Shown piece by piece: positions 8,141-17,550 of a stretch of DNA of 64,000 bases. This DNA is from an uncultured Brevinematales bacterium (GTDB lineage Bacteria; Spirochaetota; Brevinematia; Brevinematales; CAYRWR01): positions 21,546 through 85,545 of the forward strand of contig CAYRWR010000007.1 of assembly GCA_964428015.1 (NCBI GenBank). Direction: 5' to 3'. Numbering within the stretch: position 1 is the stretch's first letter; every line of letters starts with the position of its first letter. Below the pieces are notes generated by a model. That model saw only the letters and a program-made list of their open reading frames with translations. It was not told where the DNA came from and ran no database searches. The position numbers were made by a program, and so were the translations under genes.

Positions 8141-9853
8141 ATGAAAAAGACTGCATGGTTTGTTTTAGGGATGCTGATACTGGCATCCGGGTGTCAGATG
8201 GATCCGGGAGAAGTAGAAACGGGAATGACTATTAAAAATGCTACTTTTGACCGTGATACCACCCTGGAAGTAAAAAACGAAGATGGTTTCTATACTGTCA
8301 CAGTAGGCGAAGAAGCCACCAATATTCCTTATATGCTGTATTCTCATGATAAGACAAAGGGATGTGTCGTGGTCAAAGATGCTTCGGGACAGGAAATCTC
8401 CCGTTCTTCCATGTTCCCCAATACATTTGAGGACAGATGGCAGAGCCAGAATATTTATTTGACCAAAGGGGTCAACTATATAGAATTTCAGGACAAAGGA
8501 CTGGAAACCAACAAAACCGAGACTGCTGAAGGTGTGACGGTAGGAAATATCGTTTACGATACTTCGGAAGTCAATAACATTGCCTCCGGTGGATGGAAAG
8601 TTTATGGTAATTATGAGGGTACAGGGATCAAACCTACCTACATCTACCGCCGTGAAATGTACAATATGTGGTTTGACTTCCTGGTCAAGAACACGGCTAA
8701 GATATATAAATTCTATGTGATCATCACTGATGGTCCGGAAGCGATAAAAGGCAGTTATGAAGCCTATAAAGACACCTATCAAGACGTATCCGGTGCAGTG
8801 AAGTACAGCGTGGATATCACAGGCGGCGCATCCTATAAGGAACAATCCACCAATGGGATCACAAATACCCCTCCCATCAAATACCATGTGGTAGTATCCT
8901 ACCAGGACTGGATGGTGGCTATTACACCTACAAAAACTTATGATCTGATTAGTGATGTAGACAAAAACACTATTGTAACCTGGAAAAATGCCAGTTCCAC
9001 TTGTTTGTATGACTACCTGGGAGTTTCCTCCGACAAAACCAGTCAGTATTTTCTGGAAACCCGGAAAAGCGACTATTATAAAACATTAAAAAAAGTACCT
9101 GTATCCGAGGTTACCCATAATTATATCGATGGCTATTGGAAGAAGACTCCACCGCCCCTGGATCCCATGGAACAGGAAGCCAAGAAACTTTATAATGTAG
9201 ACCTGGACACAGTGTCAGCCCAGGGTGTAGGCGTAACTCTTCAATTACCGGATAAATATCCATATGATGTGTGCGGTTTCTGGGCTGCCCGATGGAATCA
9301 CCCTTATGAATGGATCTGGGGCAGAGTGGAAGCGGCAGAATTCAGAAAAAACAATAAAAAAATCGTCCTGTGGAAAGGTAATTATCTCAATGGTTCCAAC
9401 GGCTACTGGGGAACGGGTGCGGAAATTGGTTTTTATATGAATATTTACAATCCTCCTTATGCGGAATACTACCCCCGTGACTACAACCGGACTAAAATGA
9501 GTATTGTGCTCATCAGGAGGAGCACCGGTGAAGTCCTGGGCGCCACAGACAGAAATCACGGCAATATGAGAGGGGACAAGATGCACTGGTGGGTGCAGGT
9601 GTGGAGCGGAAAAGGTTACGAACCACATGAGATAGTAATGTATTATAAATGTGATTACTTTTATGGAGATCAGTGGATGAAATGGGACGGTCTCTCCACC
9701 GGTGTCAAACCCTGGCCGCAAAATGACTGGGATAAATGTGTTAAACTGTCCTGGACTGAAACCCCTACTTCAGATAACTACAAAGATGCTTACAATGAAG
9801 AACCGGTCACAGACCCTCACATGAGTGAAGCCTGCGGTGGAAACAGTCTGTAA
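8141..9853 (+). CDS. Hypothetical lipoprotein with a W/Y-rich C-terminal domain
   Basis: RBS AAGGAG lies upstream of the ATG at 8141. The lipobox is LILASGC. The C-terminal segment (LWKGNYLNGSNGYWGTGAEIGFY) resembles what I recall of DUF4474-type domains, which I cannot verify here. There is no enzymatic motif I can name. Confidence 0.7.
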   Translation: MKKTAWFVLGMLILASGCQMDPGEVETGMTIKNATFDRDTTLEVKNEDGFYTVTVGEEATNIPYMLYSHDKTKGCVVVKDASGQEISRSSMFPNTFEDRWQSQNIYLTKGVNYIEFQDKGLETNKTETAEGVTVGNIVYDTSEVNNIASGGWKVYGNYEGTGIKPTYIYRREMYNMWFDFLVKNTAKIYKFYVIITDGPEAIKGSYEAYKDTYQDVSGAVKYSVDITGGASYKEQSTNGITNTPPIKYHVVVSYQDWMVAITPTKTYDLISDVDKNTIVTWKNASSTCLYDYLGVSSDKTSQYFLETRKSDYYKTLKKVPVSEVTHNYIDGYWKKTPPPLDPMEQEAKKLYNVDLDTVSAQGVGVTLQLPDKYPYDVCGFWAARWNHPYEWIWGRVEAAEFRKNNKKIVLWKGNYLNGSNGYWGTGAEIGFYMNIYNPPYAEYYPRDYNRTKMSIVLIRRSTGEVLGATDRNHGNMRGDKMHWWVQVWSGKGYEPHEIVMYYKCDYFYGDQWMKWDGLSTGVKPWPQNDWDKCVKLSWTETPTSDNYKDAYNEEPVTDPHMSEACGGNSL

Positions 9854-9901
9854 ATAAACCGAATTGAATCTTTAAATTGTGATTCAACATTCTATAAAAA
9901 A

Positions 9902-9930
9902 AGAGAGGCTGTCATTTCGACAGCCTCTCT
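9902..9930. terminator. Bidirectional terminator hairpin
   Basis: A perfect 12-bp stem pairs agagaggctgtc (9902-9913) with gacagcctctct (9919-9930) around a 5-nt loop, with an A-run before and a T-rich tract after. It sits between convergent 8141..9853 (+) and nifJ (-). Confidence 0.7.
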
Positions 9931-9951
9931 TAATTTCAAACTATTTTTTCA

Positions 9952-12900
9952 CTAGGCATTAAAATCCATTGCTGCCATTCTCTTGTAGCTGTTATAACGG
10001 TTCTGGGCGTCTTTTTCAGCTGCCTGGAACAATTCTTCAGCCACAGTGGGGAAGGTCTTCAACAGAGTGGAGTAACGTACTTCTCCCTTGATGAAATCCT
10101 GGAAGGAAGTGGTAGGCTCTTTGCTGTCCAGCTGGAAGGGATTTTTACCCTGATCGGCCAGACGGGGGTCAAAGCGGTACAGGTGCCAGTAGCCGGCTTC
10201 CACTGCCTTCTTTTCTTCTTCCTGGGTCTTACCCATTCCGGCTTTGATACCGTGGTTGATACAGGGAGAATAAGCTATTATTAAAGAAGGACCAGGATAG
10301 CTTTCTGCTTCCATCAATGCTTTGTGGAACTGGTTCTTATTGGAACCCATAGCCACCTGAGCCACATAGACGTAGCCGTAGCTCATAGCCATCATACCCA
10401 GGTCTTTTTTGCGGATGCGTTTTCCGGAAGCGGCAAATTTTGCCACAGCCGCGGTAGGACTGGATTTAGAGGCCTGTCCGCCGGTATTGGAATAGACTTC
10501 CGTGTCTACTACCAGGATATTCACATCTTCACCGCTGGCGATGACGTGGTCCAGACCGCCGTAACCGATATCATAGGCCCAACCGTCTCCACCAAAGATC
10601 CACTGGCTGCGTTTCACCAGGTAGTGTTTCAGTTCAGCGATTTTCTTGAAGACATCACCTTTTTCTTTGGCCAGGACAGCGTTGATCTTTGCGCTGGCAG
10701 CTTTGGAGCCTTCTCCATCTTCTTTATTGTCCAGCCATTCCTGGGCTGCTGCTTTTGCTTCAGCACTGGCATTAGAAGAGATGACTTCTTTCATCATATC
10801 AGCCAGTTTATTGCGCATCTGGTCAGCGGCGATCTGAATACCAAAGCCGTATTCGGCATTGTCTTCAAACAGAGAGTTAGCCCAGGCAGGTCCCTGGCCT
10901 TTCTCATTCTTGCAGTAAGGGGTAGCAGGAGCTGATCCTCCGTAGATAGAAGAACAACCGGTAGCATTAGCAATCACCATACGGTCACCGTACAACTGGG
11001 TGATGGTCTTAATATAGGGAGTTTCACCACATCCGGCACAGGCACCGTGGAATTCAAATAAAGGTTTGGCAAACTGGCTGCCCTTGATGGTGTTCAGACC
11101 CATGTATTCTGTTTTATAGCTGACCTTGGCATCAAAATGGTCAAAGGCCTTCTGCTCTTCCAGCTGAGTTCCCAGGGGCTGCATGACCAGAGCTTTGAGG
11201 GTTTCGCCGGTTTCTTTGTCTTTACGTCCCGGACAAATATCGGCACAGTTTCCGCATCCGGTACAATCCAGAACAGAAATGCGCATGGAGAAGTTCAGGG
11301 CTTCCATACCTTTACCTACCGCTTTCATGGTATCGGTGCCGGCAGGCATGCCTTTTTCTTCTTCAGGAGTGGACAGGAAGGGACGAATCACAGCATGGGG
11401 ACAGACATAGGCACACTGGTTACACTGGATACAGTTATCAGCTACCCAGTCAGGCACATTGACCGCGATACCGCGTTTTTCATAATGGGTAGTCCCGTTG
11501 GGGAAGGTTCCGTCTTCTCTATCCACAAACGCGGATACAGGCAGATTGTCACCTTCCTGGCGATTGATGACATTGGCGATTTTTTTAATGAACTCGGGCT
11601 GTCCGGCAGTACTACCTTCGGCTTTGTCAGCACTGAGATTCTTCCATTCCGCAGGCACGGCCACTTTTTCCAGGGCATCGGCGCCGGCATCCACCGCTTT
11701 GTTGTTCATTTCCACGATGATGTCGCCCTTGTTCCCGTAGGACTTCTTGATGGCATCTTTCATGAATTTGACGGCATCTTCATAGGGGATCACATTACTG
11801 AGTTTAAAGAAGGCGCTCTGCATGATGGTATTGGTACGGTTACCCAAACCGATATCTTCAGCAATCTTGGTAGCATTCAGGATGTAGAAGTTGATCTCTT
11901 TATCAGCCAGGTATTTTTTCACGTCATTAGGCAGGTGGTTGACCACTTCCTCTTTTTCCCAGATAGAGTTCAGAAGGAAGGTGCCGCCTTTTTTGAGGCC
12001 CTTGAGCATGTCGTATTTACCCAGATATGCGGGTACGGAACAGGCTACAAAGGAGGGATTATTTACCAGGTAAGGCAGCATGATGGGTTTTTTACCAAAA
12101 CGCAGGTGAGAGATGGTGATACCGCCTGACTTCTTAGAGTCATAGGCAAAATAGCCCTGAGCGTAGAGGTTAGTATGGTCACCGATGATCTTAATGGAGT
12201 TCTTGTTGGCACCTACAGTACCGTCAGATCCCAGACCGTAGAATTTAGCTTCAGTGGTGCCTTCGGGAGCCACATCCAGAACTTCTTTTACGGGCAGAGA
12301 CAGGAAGGTCACGTCATCCACGATACCGATGGTGAAACCATTTTTAGGCTCTTTCTGGGCCAGATTGTCATACACAGCCACGATCTGTTCAGGAGTGGTA
12401 TCCTTAGAGGACAGTCCATAACGCCCGCCGATGATCAGGGGAGCATTGGCTTTGCCGAAGTACAGGTTGCGGATGTCCAGATACAAAGGTTCACCCTCAG
12501 CACCGGGCTCTTTGGTACGATCCAGTACCGCGATACGTTTGACGCTCTTAGGCATAACTTTGAGGATGTATTTTTCAGAGAAGGGACGATAGAGGTGTAC
12601 GGAAACCAGTCCCACTTTTCTACCCTGCTTCATCATATAATCAATGGTGGACTTGGTCACATCGGTGACGGAGCCCATAGCCACGATCACATCTTCCGCG
12701 TCGGGTGCGCCGTAATAGGTGAAGGGGTGGTATTCCCGGCCGGTGAGTTTGGAGAGCTGCTGCATAGATTCTTCTACCATATCGGGCAGGACATCATAGA
12801 ACTTATTGCTGGCTTCACGAGCCTGGAAGAAGATATCGGGGTTCTGAGCAGTACCGCGTGTCACAGGGTTATCAGGGTTCAGGGCTCTTTCACGGAAAGC

Positions 12901-13503
12901 CTGTATAGATCCCTTATCCACCAGTCCGGCCATATCAGCATAATCCCAGACTTCAGCTTTCTGTATTTCGTGGGAAGTACGGAAACCGTCAAAAAAGTGC
13001 AGGAAGGGTACACGGCTTTTGATGGCGACCAAGTGAGCCACCGGAGCCAGATCCAGGATTTCCTGGACACTACCGGTAGCCAGCATTCCAAAACCGGTCT
13101 GGCGGGTAGCCATCACGTCAGAATGATCACCGAAAATAGACAGCGCCTGAGAAGCTACTGTACGGGCAGAAACATGGAACACGCCGGGGAGTAATTCACC
13201 GGAGATCTTGTACATATTGGGGATCATCAGGAGCAGGCCCTGGGAAGCGGTAAAGGTTGAAGTCAGCGCCCCGCCCTGCAGAGATCCATGTACAGCACCG
13301 GCCGCACCGGCTTCAGACTGCATTTCCACAACTTTGACGACATCGCCAAAGATATTCTTTTTTCCATTGGCTGCCCATTCATCACAGTATTCAGCCATGG
13401 TGGAAGAAGGGGTGATAGGGTATATCGCCGCAACTTCTGTAAACGCGTACGCGACATAGGCGGCAGCGTTGTTACCGTCCATTGTCTTCATTGACTTAGC
13501 CAT
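9952..13503 (-). CDS. nifJ: Pyruvate:ferredoxin (flavodoxin) oxidoreductase, single-polypeptide type
   Basis: 1183 aa. It has two ferredoxin-type clusters (CIQCNQCAYVCPH and CTGCGNCADICP), the TPP-binding motif GGDGWAYDIG, and end-to-end similarity to the PFOR/NifJ family. Confidence 0.95.
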   Translation of the reverse strand: MAKSMKTMDGNNAAAYVAYAFTEVAAIYPITPSSTMAEYCDEWAANGKKNIFGDVVKVVEMQSEAGAAGAVHGSLQGGALTSTFTASQGLLLMIPNMYKISGELLPGVFHVSARTVASQALSIFGDHSDVMATRQTGFGMLATGSVQEILDLAPVAHLVAIKSRVPFLHFFDGFRTSHEIQKAEVWDYADMAGLVDKGSIQAFRERALNPDNPVTRGTAQNPDIFFQAREASNKFYDVLPDMVEESMQQLSKLTGREYHPFTYYGAPDAEDVIVAMGSVTDVTKSTIDYMMKQGRKVGLVSVHLYRPFSEKYILKVMPKSVKRIAVLDRTKEPGAEGEPLYLDIRNLYFGKANAPLIIGGRYGLSSKDTTPEQIVAVYDNLAQKEPKNGFTIGIVDDVTFLSLPVKEVLDVAPEGTTEAKFYGLGSDGTVGANKNSIKIIGDHTNLYAQGYFAYDSKKSGGITISHLRFGKKPIMLPYLVNNPSFVACSVPAYLGKYDMLKGLKKGGTFLLNSIWEKEEVVNHLPNDVKKYLADKEINFYILNATKIAEDIGLGNRTNTIMQSAFFKLSNVIPYEDAVKFMKDAIKKSYGNKGDIIVEMNNKAVDAGADALEKVAVPAEWKNLSADKAEGSTAGQPEFIKKIANVINRQEGDNLPVSAFVDREDGTFPNGTTHYEKRGIAVNVPDWVADNCIQCNQCAYVCPHAVIRPFLSTPEEEKGMPAGTDTMKAVGKGMEALNFSMRISVLDCTGCGNCADICPGRKDKETGETLKALVMQPLGTQLEEQKAFDHFDAKVSYKTEYMGLNTIKGSQFAKPLFEFHGACAGCGETPYIKTITQLYGDRMVIANATGCSSIYGGSAPATPYCKNEKGQGPAWANSLFEDNAEYGFGIQIAADQMRNKLADMMKEVISSNASAEAKAAAQEWLDNKEDGEGSKAASAKINAVLAKEKGDVFKKIAELKHYLVKRSQWIFGGDGWAYDIGYGGLDHVIASGEDVNILVVDTEVYSNTGGQASKSSPTAAVAKFAASGKRIRKKDLGMMAMSYGYVYVAQVAMGSNKNQFHKALMEAESYPGPSLIIAYSPCINHGIKAGMGKTQEEEKKAVEAGYWHLYRFDPRLADQGKNPFQLDSKEPTTSFQDFIKGEVRYSTLLKTFPTVAEELFQAAEKDAQNRYNSYKRMAAMDFNA

Positions 13504-13563
13504 GTATAGCCTCCTCGTTTTTTTCTATTAAAAGTACTCTGTTCTTTTTTACATAACAACTGT

Positions 13564-14160
13564 TTATTTCCACACTTCGCGGTTCTTCAGGGCCTGGGTC
13601 AGGCTATTGGTGCCGGCATACTGCAGGTCCGTGCCCACCGGTATTCCTCTGGCCAGATGGGTAAAGTGTATCCCTCTGTTTTTGAGCATCTCCCGTATAT
13701 AAAGAGCTGTGGTGTCCCCTTCGGTGGTAGGGCTGGTGGCAAAGATGATCTCTTTGACCTGCTTTTCCCCTACTCTTTTTACCAGTGATGCCAGGTTCAG
13801 GTCCTGGGGGCTTACCCCGTGCAGAGGGTCAATCACTCCACCCAGTACATGGTACAGACCTTTAAAGCTACGGGTATCTTCAATACTATACAGGTCTACA
13901 GGATCTTCCACCACACACAGTACATCCTGTTCCCTTATGTCATTACTGCAGATCATACAGGGATCGATGATATCCATGTTGCCGCAGATATGGCAGATAT
14001 GGGAATTCCTCTTGAGCTCAACTATGGCTTCCGCCAGCTCCTGTGCATACTCCATAGGCCGTCCGATAATCTCAAAGCCCAGCTTTTCCGCGGACTTGGG
14101 CCCTATGCCAGGGAGCTTGGAAAAGCTCTTTACAAAATGGAGGATATTCCCGGGGAGCAT
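13564..14160 (-). CDS. recR: Recombination protein RecR
   Basis: 198 aa with a helix-hairpin-helix N-terminus (LPGIGPKSAEKL), a C4 zinc finger (CHICGN...CMIC) and a Toprim region. It sits in the conserved dnaX-ybaB-recR order. Confidence 0.95.
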   Translation of the reverse strand: MLPGNILHFVKSFSKLPGIGPKSAEKLGFEIIGRPMEYAQELAEAIVELKRNSHICHICGNMDIIDPCMICSNDIREQDVLCVVEDPVDLYSIEDTRSFKGLYHVLGGVIDPLHGVSPQDLNLASLVKRVGEKQVKEIIFATSPTTEGDTTALYIREMLKNRGIHFTHLARGIPVGTDLQYAGTNSLTQALKNREVWK

Positions 14161-14463
14161 TTATTTGCCCATTAACATATTAGCCAGGGGGGAATTCTTC
14201 ATCTGCTTTTTGAGCAGTTTATCTATTTCTTTGGCAGCCACATTATGGGCTTCTTTTATCAGTTTAGCCAGTTCAGAAGCAGGAATCTTCATGGCGTCAT
14301 CGCTGATCTCCACATTCTTGAGATGCTTTTCCCCATCCAGGCTGATGGTCACAAAACCCCGCTTGGATCTGCCTGTGGCCTTGAGTACTTCTGCGTCTTT
14401 TTTAGCTGCGTCAGCCATTTTTTTCAGTTTTCCGATGTCCTTTAAGTTATCCATCATTCCCAT
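14161..14463 (-). CDS. ybaB: Nucleoid-associated protein of the YbaB/EbfC family
   Basis: 100 aa, located between dnaX and recR, with the typical YbaB pattern (GFVTISLDGEKHLKNVEISDD). Confidence 0.9.
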   Translation of the reverse strand: MGMMDNLKDIGKLKKMADAAKKDAEVLKATGRSKRGFVTISLDGEKHLKNVEISDDAMKIPASELAKLIKEAHNVAAKEIDKLLKKQMKNSPLANMLMGK

Positions 14464-14481
14464 TGGTTTTATTCTCCTGAT

Positions 14482-16119
14482 TTATTGCTGTATTTTTCCA
14501 TCAAAAAGATCAATGATAGTACCGGCTGCTCCCTGTGTAGCTGAGATGGTAGCTGTACCAGCCACATCCAGCGGAGTGTTGCCTTTGTCCGCAGGAGGCT
14601 GAATCGATTCTGTTCTGCTCTCGGTTTTTTCTTCGCCCGGCTGTCGGGCCGGCTCAAAGATAAAATCAAACTGCAGGCTGTGACCGGTCTGCTTTTCTAC
14701 TTCAGATTGAATGGTTTCTTTATTGGACCGCAGCAGTTCCGCGGCATGGGCTATCTTGACGTGCACCTGGATAGTACCACCTTTGCGGGTAAACCCCTGT
14801 ATATGGCTGGAATAATGACGGGTCAGCGGATTCTGAGACAGCACCTGGAAAAAAGCCTGTTTTACCGCGGCGGGATCGATTTCCCGGTCGGAGGCGGGTG
14901 CTGCCGGTGCAGCTGGGGCCGCTGTTTCCACCACTGGTTTGGCTGGGGTTACCGACTGGGGAGCGGGAGAGCCAGTGGTATTGCTCCTGGGGGCGGGAGC
15001 CTGTTGTACAGGTGCGGTATTTTCAGGAGCAGCTTTTTTATGCAGAGCTTTGAACAAAGTAGTTTCCAGTAAAAAACGTTCTTCAGCGTCGCCTTTTAAT
15101 TTGGCAAAGACATCCACAAAAAGATTCAGGAGCCGGATGTTTTCCTCTTCCGAAATGTCACGGAACAGTGTTTTTAAATCATCGTACTGGCGGCGGGGCA
15201 TGTCCAGCAGGGCGTGGCCGTATTCCAGTTTTTTAGCCAGCATGGCATTACGTATGTAGTAGATGAGACCTTTGACAAAGAGTTTGATTTCTCCTACTTC
15301 ATCCAGGTAACTCTGCAATGTATTCATGAGGGAGAGAATATCACCTTCACGAATGGCAGTTATGATCTCATGGTAATAATGTTCGTCGGGAATACCCAGG
15401 ACTTCTTCCGCAATCTGCCGGGTAATGCGTCCCTGGCCGTACAACAGTACCTGGTCAAACAGGCTCTGGGCATCACGCATTGAGCCTTCTGCCGCGGCTG
15501 CTACCAGGTATAAAGCATCTTCATCCGCTTCAATGGATTCACTTTCAGCTATTTTGCGCAGCTGCTCCACTATTACACTGGATGTGATCCGTTTGAAAAC
15601 ATAATGCTGAGTACGGGACCTGATAGTAGGCAGGACCTTATGAGCTTCTGTGGTAGCCATGATAAAGATGACATGTTCAGGGGGTTCTTCCAGTGTTTTA
15701 AGAAGGGCGTTGGAAGCTTCAGTGGTAAGCATATGGACTTCGTCTATGATATAGATTTTATAGGTGGCTGAGAGGGGGCGGTACACCACATTTTCTCTGA
15801 TCTCACGGATATTTTCTATGCCGCGATTGGAAGCACCGTCGATTTCTCTGACATCCAGGGCCTGGCCCTGCATGATATCCTGACCTAGAGGATATTCATT
15901 GACCGGATCCGGATTAGGACCGCCCGGATAATTCAGGGCTTTGGCCAAAATCCTGGCTGTGGTAGTTTTTCCCACTCCACGGGGTCCGGAAAAAAGATAA
16001 GCCTGTGAGATCTTACCGGAGGAGATGGCATTGCGCAGGGCACGGGTTACATGCTCCTGGCCGATCACTTCGCCAAAAAGTTGGGGTCTCCACTTTCTGG
16101 CAGTCACCTGATACTTCAT
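14482..16119 (-). CDS. dnaX: DNA polymerase III subunit tau (and possibly gamma)
   Basis: The track ORF starts at TTG 16131. The ATG at 16119 has GGAG 6 nt upstream. It has Walker A GPRGVGKTT, an AAA+ clamp-loader core, and a Pro/Ala-rich linker followed by a C-terminal tau-specific region. Confidence 0.92.
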   Translation of the reverse strand: MKYQVTARKWRPQLFGEVIGQEHVTRALRNAISSGKISQAYLFSGPRGVGKTTTARILAKALNYPGGPNPDPVNEYPLGQDIMQGQALDVREIDGASNRGIENIREIRENVVYRPLSATYKIYIIDEVHMLTTEASNALLKTLEEPPEHVIFIMATTEAHKVLPTIRSRTQHYVFKRITSSVIVEQLRKIAESESIEADEDALYLVAAAAEGSMRDAQSLFDQVLLYGQGRITRQIAEEVLGIPDEHYYHEIITAIREGDILSLMNTLQSYLDEVGEIKLFVKGLIYYIRNAMLAKKLEYGHALLDMPRRQYDDLKTLFRDISEEENIRLLNLFVDVFAKLKGDAEERFLLETTLFKALHKKAAPENTAPVQQAPAPRSNTTGSPAPQSVTPAKPVVETAAPAAPAAPASDREIDPAAVKQAFFQVLSQNPLTRHYSSHIQGFTRKGGTIQVHVKIAHAAELLRSNKETIQSEVEKQTGHSLQFDFIFEPARQPGEEKTESRTESIQPPADKGNTPLDVAGTATISATQGAAGTIIDLFDGKIQQ

Positions 16120-16312
16120 GTACGGCTCCAAAAAAGATAGGAATATTATAGCTTATTTTCACAGATTAGCAAGTCTTGAAAGAGTTATTTCATGTAAAAC
16201 CAAGGGCTAAAGTATTTTACTGTAAGTATTTAAACTAGTATTGTTAGTGTAGTCTAAACTGAACATGTCCCGTTTGGAAATCCAAGTCAAAATCAGGAAT
16301 TTAAACAGAAAA

Positions 16313-16335
16313 AGCCCCCTGAGGGGCCTTTTCCG
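16313..16335. terminator. Orphan terminator-like GC hairpin upstream of dnaX
   Basis: The stems gcccc (16314-16318) and ggggc (16323-16327) flank a 4-nt loop. On the minus strand the hairpin is followed by tttttctgttt. No annotated gene ends here. Confidence 0.35.
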
Positions 16336-16471
16336 CGGAGTTTGGAGGTTGTTATGAATGGTATTCAGAATATAAGAGCAGAGAAATTCGACTTTGGTTA
16401 GATTTTTTTTGAGGCTTGCGCTTTTTTAATCCTACCGATAAAATATTAACAAATAAACTAAGAAGGTATCA

Positions 16472-16855
16472 ATGGAACAGAAGCATTATCCCAAGGACAG
16501 TCTCATCTCCAAAGAGGGAGAACAATCTGACGGTATGTTCGTGGTTAAAACCGGAAAAGTGGAAGTATTCAAAGTCATTAACGGAGATAAGGTCATCTTA
16601 TCCCAGATAGGCCCCAATGACTTTTTTGGTGAAATGAGCCTGTTCCTTTCCGCTCCCCGCACCGCTAATGTCAGAGCTATGCAGGATTCTGATCTGCTCT
16701 TCTTAAAAAAAGAGGACCTTCTGGATCAGATCAAGAATCAGCCGGACCTGGCAGTAATGATGCTGAGTAGGCTATCCAAAAGACTCAAAGAAGCCCATGA
16801 CGTGATTGCCAAACTGGAAGGAGAAAAGAAAGCCCTGGAACTGATCCACCGCTGA
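16472..16855 (+). CDS. Stand-alone cyclic-nucleotide-binding domain protein
   Basis: 127 aa with a cNMP-binding beta-barrel signature (FFGEMSLFLSAPRTANVRA) and no attached output domain. Confidence 0.8.
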   Translation: MEQKHYPKDSLISKEGEQSDGMFVVKTGKVEVFKVINGDKVILSQIGPNDFFGEMSLFLSAPRTANVRAMQDSDLLFLKKEDLLDQIKNQPDLAVMMLSRLSKRLKEAHDVIAKLEGEKKALELIHR

Positions 16856-16861
16856 TCTTTT

Positions 16862-17485
16862 TTAATCCCGGCGCTTACGCCTCAGTTTCCTGTCCAGGAA
16901 ATTCTTATGTAACCTTTTTCTAAGCAAAGGAAGTATGCCCAATGCAACCAGAAATATTATTATCAGAGCTATTAAGGGCTTCTCCTGGCTTTTATCTGAA
17001 AGATTAGAAGGGGCAGTAACTGGCCGCTTCCCTTTTCTCCAGGACCAGGGCGGTAGTGGAGCTTCGTCCTGCCACAGGCCGATCCTGGCTTCACGTGCTT
17101 TTTTTTCGAGCAGATACCAGTTTAGACAAAAATCTTTTTTGCAATAGCCGGTATAGACCCAGGCCAGCCCTTTTTCCACCAGTAAAGAATTGATGTTGCT
17201 GCCCTGATAGTCCAGCAGAGCCAATACCCGTTGGTATTGATCTGTACCTAATGGCTGTACATCTATGAGTTTTCCCTGAATGGAATCCACCAGAAATTTT
17301 CTGGCATCTGCCCCGCCGGGCTGATCCATTTCCGGGCAGTCTATACCGTACAAACGGATTTTTATGAGAGTACCCCGGGAGTCCACAGTGACAGTATCGC
17401 CGTCATGGATTGTGACTACCCTGCCTTCCCAGGCAAATGTCACTGAAAAACCCAGCAGAAAAATTAAGATTGACACTATTTTCAT
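16862..17485 (-). CDS. Thermonuclease (SNase-like) with a signal peptide and a C-terminal membrane anchor
   Basis: SNase motifs are present (VTIHDGDTVTV, IRLYGIDCPE, ARIGLWQ). It has an N-terminal signal and a C-terminal hydrophobic segment (LIALIIIFLVALGILPLL) followed by a basic tail. Confidence 0.85.
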   Translation of the reverse strand: MKIVSILIFLLGFSVTFAWEGRVVTIHDGDTVTVDSRGTLIKIRLYGIDCPEMDQPGGADARKFLVDSIQGKLIDVQPLGTDQYQRVLALLDYQGSNINSLLVEKGLAWVYTGYCKKDFCLNWYLLEKKAREARIGLWQDEAPLPPWSWRKGKRPVTAPSNLSDKSQEKPLIALIIIFLVALGILPLLRKRLHKNFLDRKLRRKRRD

Positions 17486-17550
17486 TTTTACCTTCCCTGT
17501 AGTATAGTATTATACAGGAAAACTCAGGTATTTGGCAAACAGGAGGAGTT

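Noticed and set aside
10324-13494. Long plus-strand ORFs antisense to nifJ (10324-10935, 11137-12129, 12175-13194 and others)
   Set aside because: They lie opposite a strongly supported 1183-aa PFOR gene, and their products have no recognisable motifs. These are typical antisense ORFs in a moderately GC-rich gene.
13709-14602. 297-aa plus-strand ORF spanning the recR and ybaB region
   Set aside because: It crosses two well-supported minus-strand genes and an intergenic junction, and it gives a low-complexity Ser/Leu product.
16132-16471. SRP (4.5S/scRNA) gene upstream of dnaX, as in Bacillus, and a 15-codon ORF (16354-16401, MNGIQNIRAEKFDFG) with a GGAGG RBS
   Set aside because: There is no match to the conserved SRP domain IV motif (GGUCCGGAAGGAAGC). 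The micro-ORF is too short to support, and no regulatory logic is visible. Only the small GC hairpin at 16313-16335 is reported, at low confidence.
16472-17485. cNMP-binding protein next to a nuclease as a cyclic-nucleotide-activated defence module (CBASS/Thoeris-like)
   Set aside because: The genes are convergent rather than co-transcribed. The nuclease is an exported SNase with a membrane anchor. No cyclase or other signal-generating enzyme is nearby.
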